DNA of 64,000 bases from the NCBI GenBank assembly GCA_037141135.1, contig JBAXDB010000001.1, forward strand, positions 9,191 to 73,190. The letters run 5' to 3'. Both the position numbers and the translations under genes were made by a program. The DNA comes from a bacterium. Its GTDB lineage: Bacteria > Verrucomicrobiota > Kiritimatiellia > CAIKKV01 > CAITUY01. The notes under the pieces were generated by a model that worked only from the letters and a program-made list of their open reading frames with translations, had not been told where the DNA came from and ran no database searches. Shown here in pieces: positions 62,999 through 64,000 of this stretch (position 1 is the stretch's first letter; each line of letters opens with the position of its first letter).

Positions 62999-64000
62999 CT
63001 ATATATAGAGTTTAAGAACGGCCTCGCCGGTATCCCAGCGTTTCAGACGGTTGATATCGGTTGTTAATTGCGCCCACTGGGCGGAAAGGTCGGCACGGGT
63101 GGTTTCATCCGTGTCCATCTGTAGTTGTTGTTCGATCTGACTGCGGCGGTTTTGCAACTCATTACGCCACATCCCCAGAATCAGGCCTTCGACCGCCTGC
63201 CTGTCATTCCCCTCCACCCCGGCCTTGTGTGGTGCACTCAGCACCTGTGCGGCGAATGTGGAAAGATTGCGCTCCGCGTCATCACGCTCGGTCAGCAATT
63301 GCATGACATCCACTCCTTCCCGTGAGCTGTCGCGCAGTATTTCGAGAAATGCGCGGCAGGTGGGGTCGGTGATCATGGTGAAGGGCAGGAAGAGTTCCAT
63401 GATGGTCACCAGATCGGGATTGGTGCCCAGATGTTCCGCGAGAAGAACTTCGCTGATCGGCCGTTGGACTGCGACGGGTTGGGTACTCGTGCTGGCAGCC
63501 GGGGGCGGGGTGTTTCGCCGCAAGTGTTTCAGTTCGACGTTCAGGGCATCGGACGAAATGCCAAGACGCCGTGCAACGGTTTGAACCAATACGTCCCTTT
63601 GGATTGCGTTGGGACTCTGGCTGATGGTCGCCAATGCGGCCCGGCTGACCTTCATCATGCCCACTTCCGTGCGGATATCTTCCTGGCTCAGCAGGAGGTT
63701 TAGCTGGAAGTCTATGGCGGGAACGGCTTGGGATAGTGCCCTTGCGAAAGTCGGGGCCCCTTGTTTTAAAATGATCGAATCAGGATCCTCGCCTTGCGGC
63801 AGGCTGGCGACTCTGACCGCCAGGCCCATCTGCATGAAGATGACTGATGCCTTGAGAGCGGCGTTGCGTCCGGCTTCATCAGAATCAAACACCAGCACCA
63901 CGCCATCGGCGTACCGCTTCAGGATCCTGGCATGATCCTCGGTGAAAGCCGTGCCTTGTGCCGCGACGGCGGTCTTGAAGCCAGCCTGATGGCAGCGGAT
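62999..64000 (-). CDS. dnaG: DNA primase DnaG, C-terminal part (5' end beyond right edge)
   Basis: The minus-strand frame is open from beyond 64000 to a TAG at 62999. The Toprim end LVFDSDEAGRNAALKA...GEDPDS aligns to E. coli DnaG. The ORF-track Met at 63901 is internal. Confidence 0.8.
   Translation of the reverse strand: MRCHQAGFKTAVAAQGTAFTEDHARILKRYADGVVLVFDSDEAGRNAALKASVIFMQMGLAVRVASLPQGEDPDSIILKQGAPTFARALSQAVPAIDFQLNLLLSQEDIRTEVGMMKVSRAALATISQSPNAIQRDVLVQTVARRLGISSDALNVELKHLRRNTPPPAASTSTQPVAVQRPISEVLLAEHLGTNPDLVTIMELFLPFTMITDPTCRAFLEILRDSSREGVDVMQLLTERDDAERNLSTFAAQVLSAPHKAGVEGNDRQAVEGLILGMWRNELQNRRSQIEQQLQMDTDETTRADLSAQWAQLTTDINRLKRWDTGEAVLKLYI

Noticed and set aside
63061-63935. Several 80-120-aa plus-strand ORFs at the right edge
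   Set aside because: They are antisense to the DnaG reading frame.
1-64000. Search for tRNA/rRNA genes, CRISPR arrays, IS elements, integrases and prophage genes
   Set aside because: No T-loop or anticodon-stem-like structures were found in the intergenic regions. The only regularly spaced direct repeats are the 7-nt heptamers, which are too short and unspaced to be CRISPR. No transposase or integrase ORFs are present. The window looks chromosomal core rather than mobile.

Overview
This 64 kb window has about 58-60% GC and is densely coding, with an anaerobe-type gene content that looks Verrucomicrobia- or Kiritimatiellae-like. There are no rRNA or tRNA genes, CRISPR arrays or transposases. 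The main blocks are as follows. (1) A partial mfd gene, then a GIY-YIG nuclease and a mini-secretin-like protein that converge on a heptamer inverted repeat, then bioD. (2) A divergent pair of a UroD-family gene and an AraC regulator, followed by a lipid-A/LPS remodelling trio: a PAP2 phosphatase, an LptF/G permease and an ArnT-like GT-C. (3) A complete [FeFe]-hydrogenase locus. The structural operon hndA, hndC (a NuoF-GltD fusion) and hydA lies on the minus strand, and the maturase operon hydG, an aspartase-like gene, hydF and hydE lies divergently on the plus strand. (4) A Wzm/Wzt ABC exporter, then nadC, coaX and ruvX. (5) An ETF-QO gene convergent with a Ser/Thr kinase, then secA and lnt. 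prfB follows, carrying the classic +1 programmed frameshift, then yicC, gmk and tatD. (6) pdxB and cinA, followed by a tandem pair of a DEG/Nma111-like S1C protease and a triad-less pseudoprotease paralog. (7) A B12-binding radical SAM gene, a divergent EF-G paralog coupled to a PflA-like radical SAM gene, then yebC, ruvC, ruvA, a rubrerythrin, and an ECF sigma/anti-sigma operon. (8) An envelope-glycan locus with a second ArnT-like GT-C, an O-antigen-ligase-family gene, an SxtJ-like / carbamoyltransferase / DUF5989 trio, and an ArnC-like GT2 translationally coupled to ftsQ, followed by ddl and a partial dnaG. Two families of short dispersed repeats are visible: tandem CAG-centred heptamers (CAGTNNN and NNATTCA) and a GC-rich REP-like palindromic element. 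The heptamers form inverted-array terminators and extend into CDS 3' ends and, in pdxB, into the reading frame. The most unusual sequence-level observations are a HydA L1 motif reading TSCSPGW, the EF-G paralog with a His-to-Tyr change in G3 and a lost NKxD motif, the split active/inactive protease pair, and the carbamoyltransferase-centred three-gene module.
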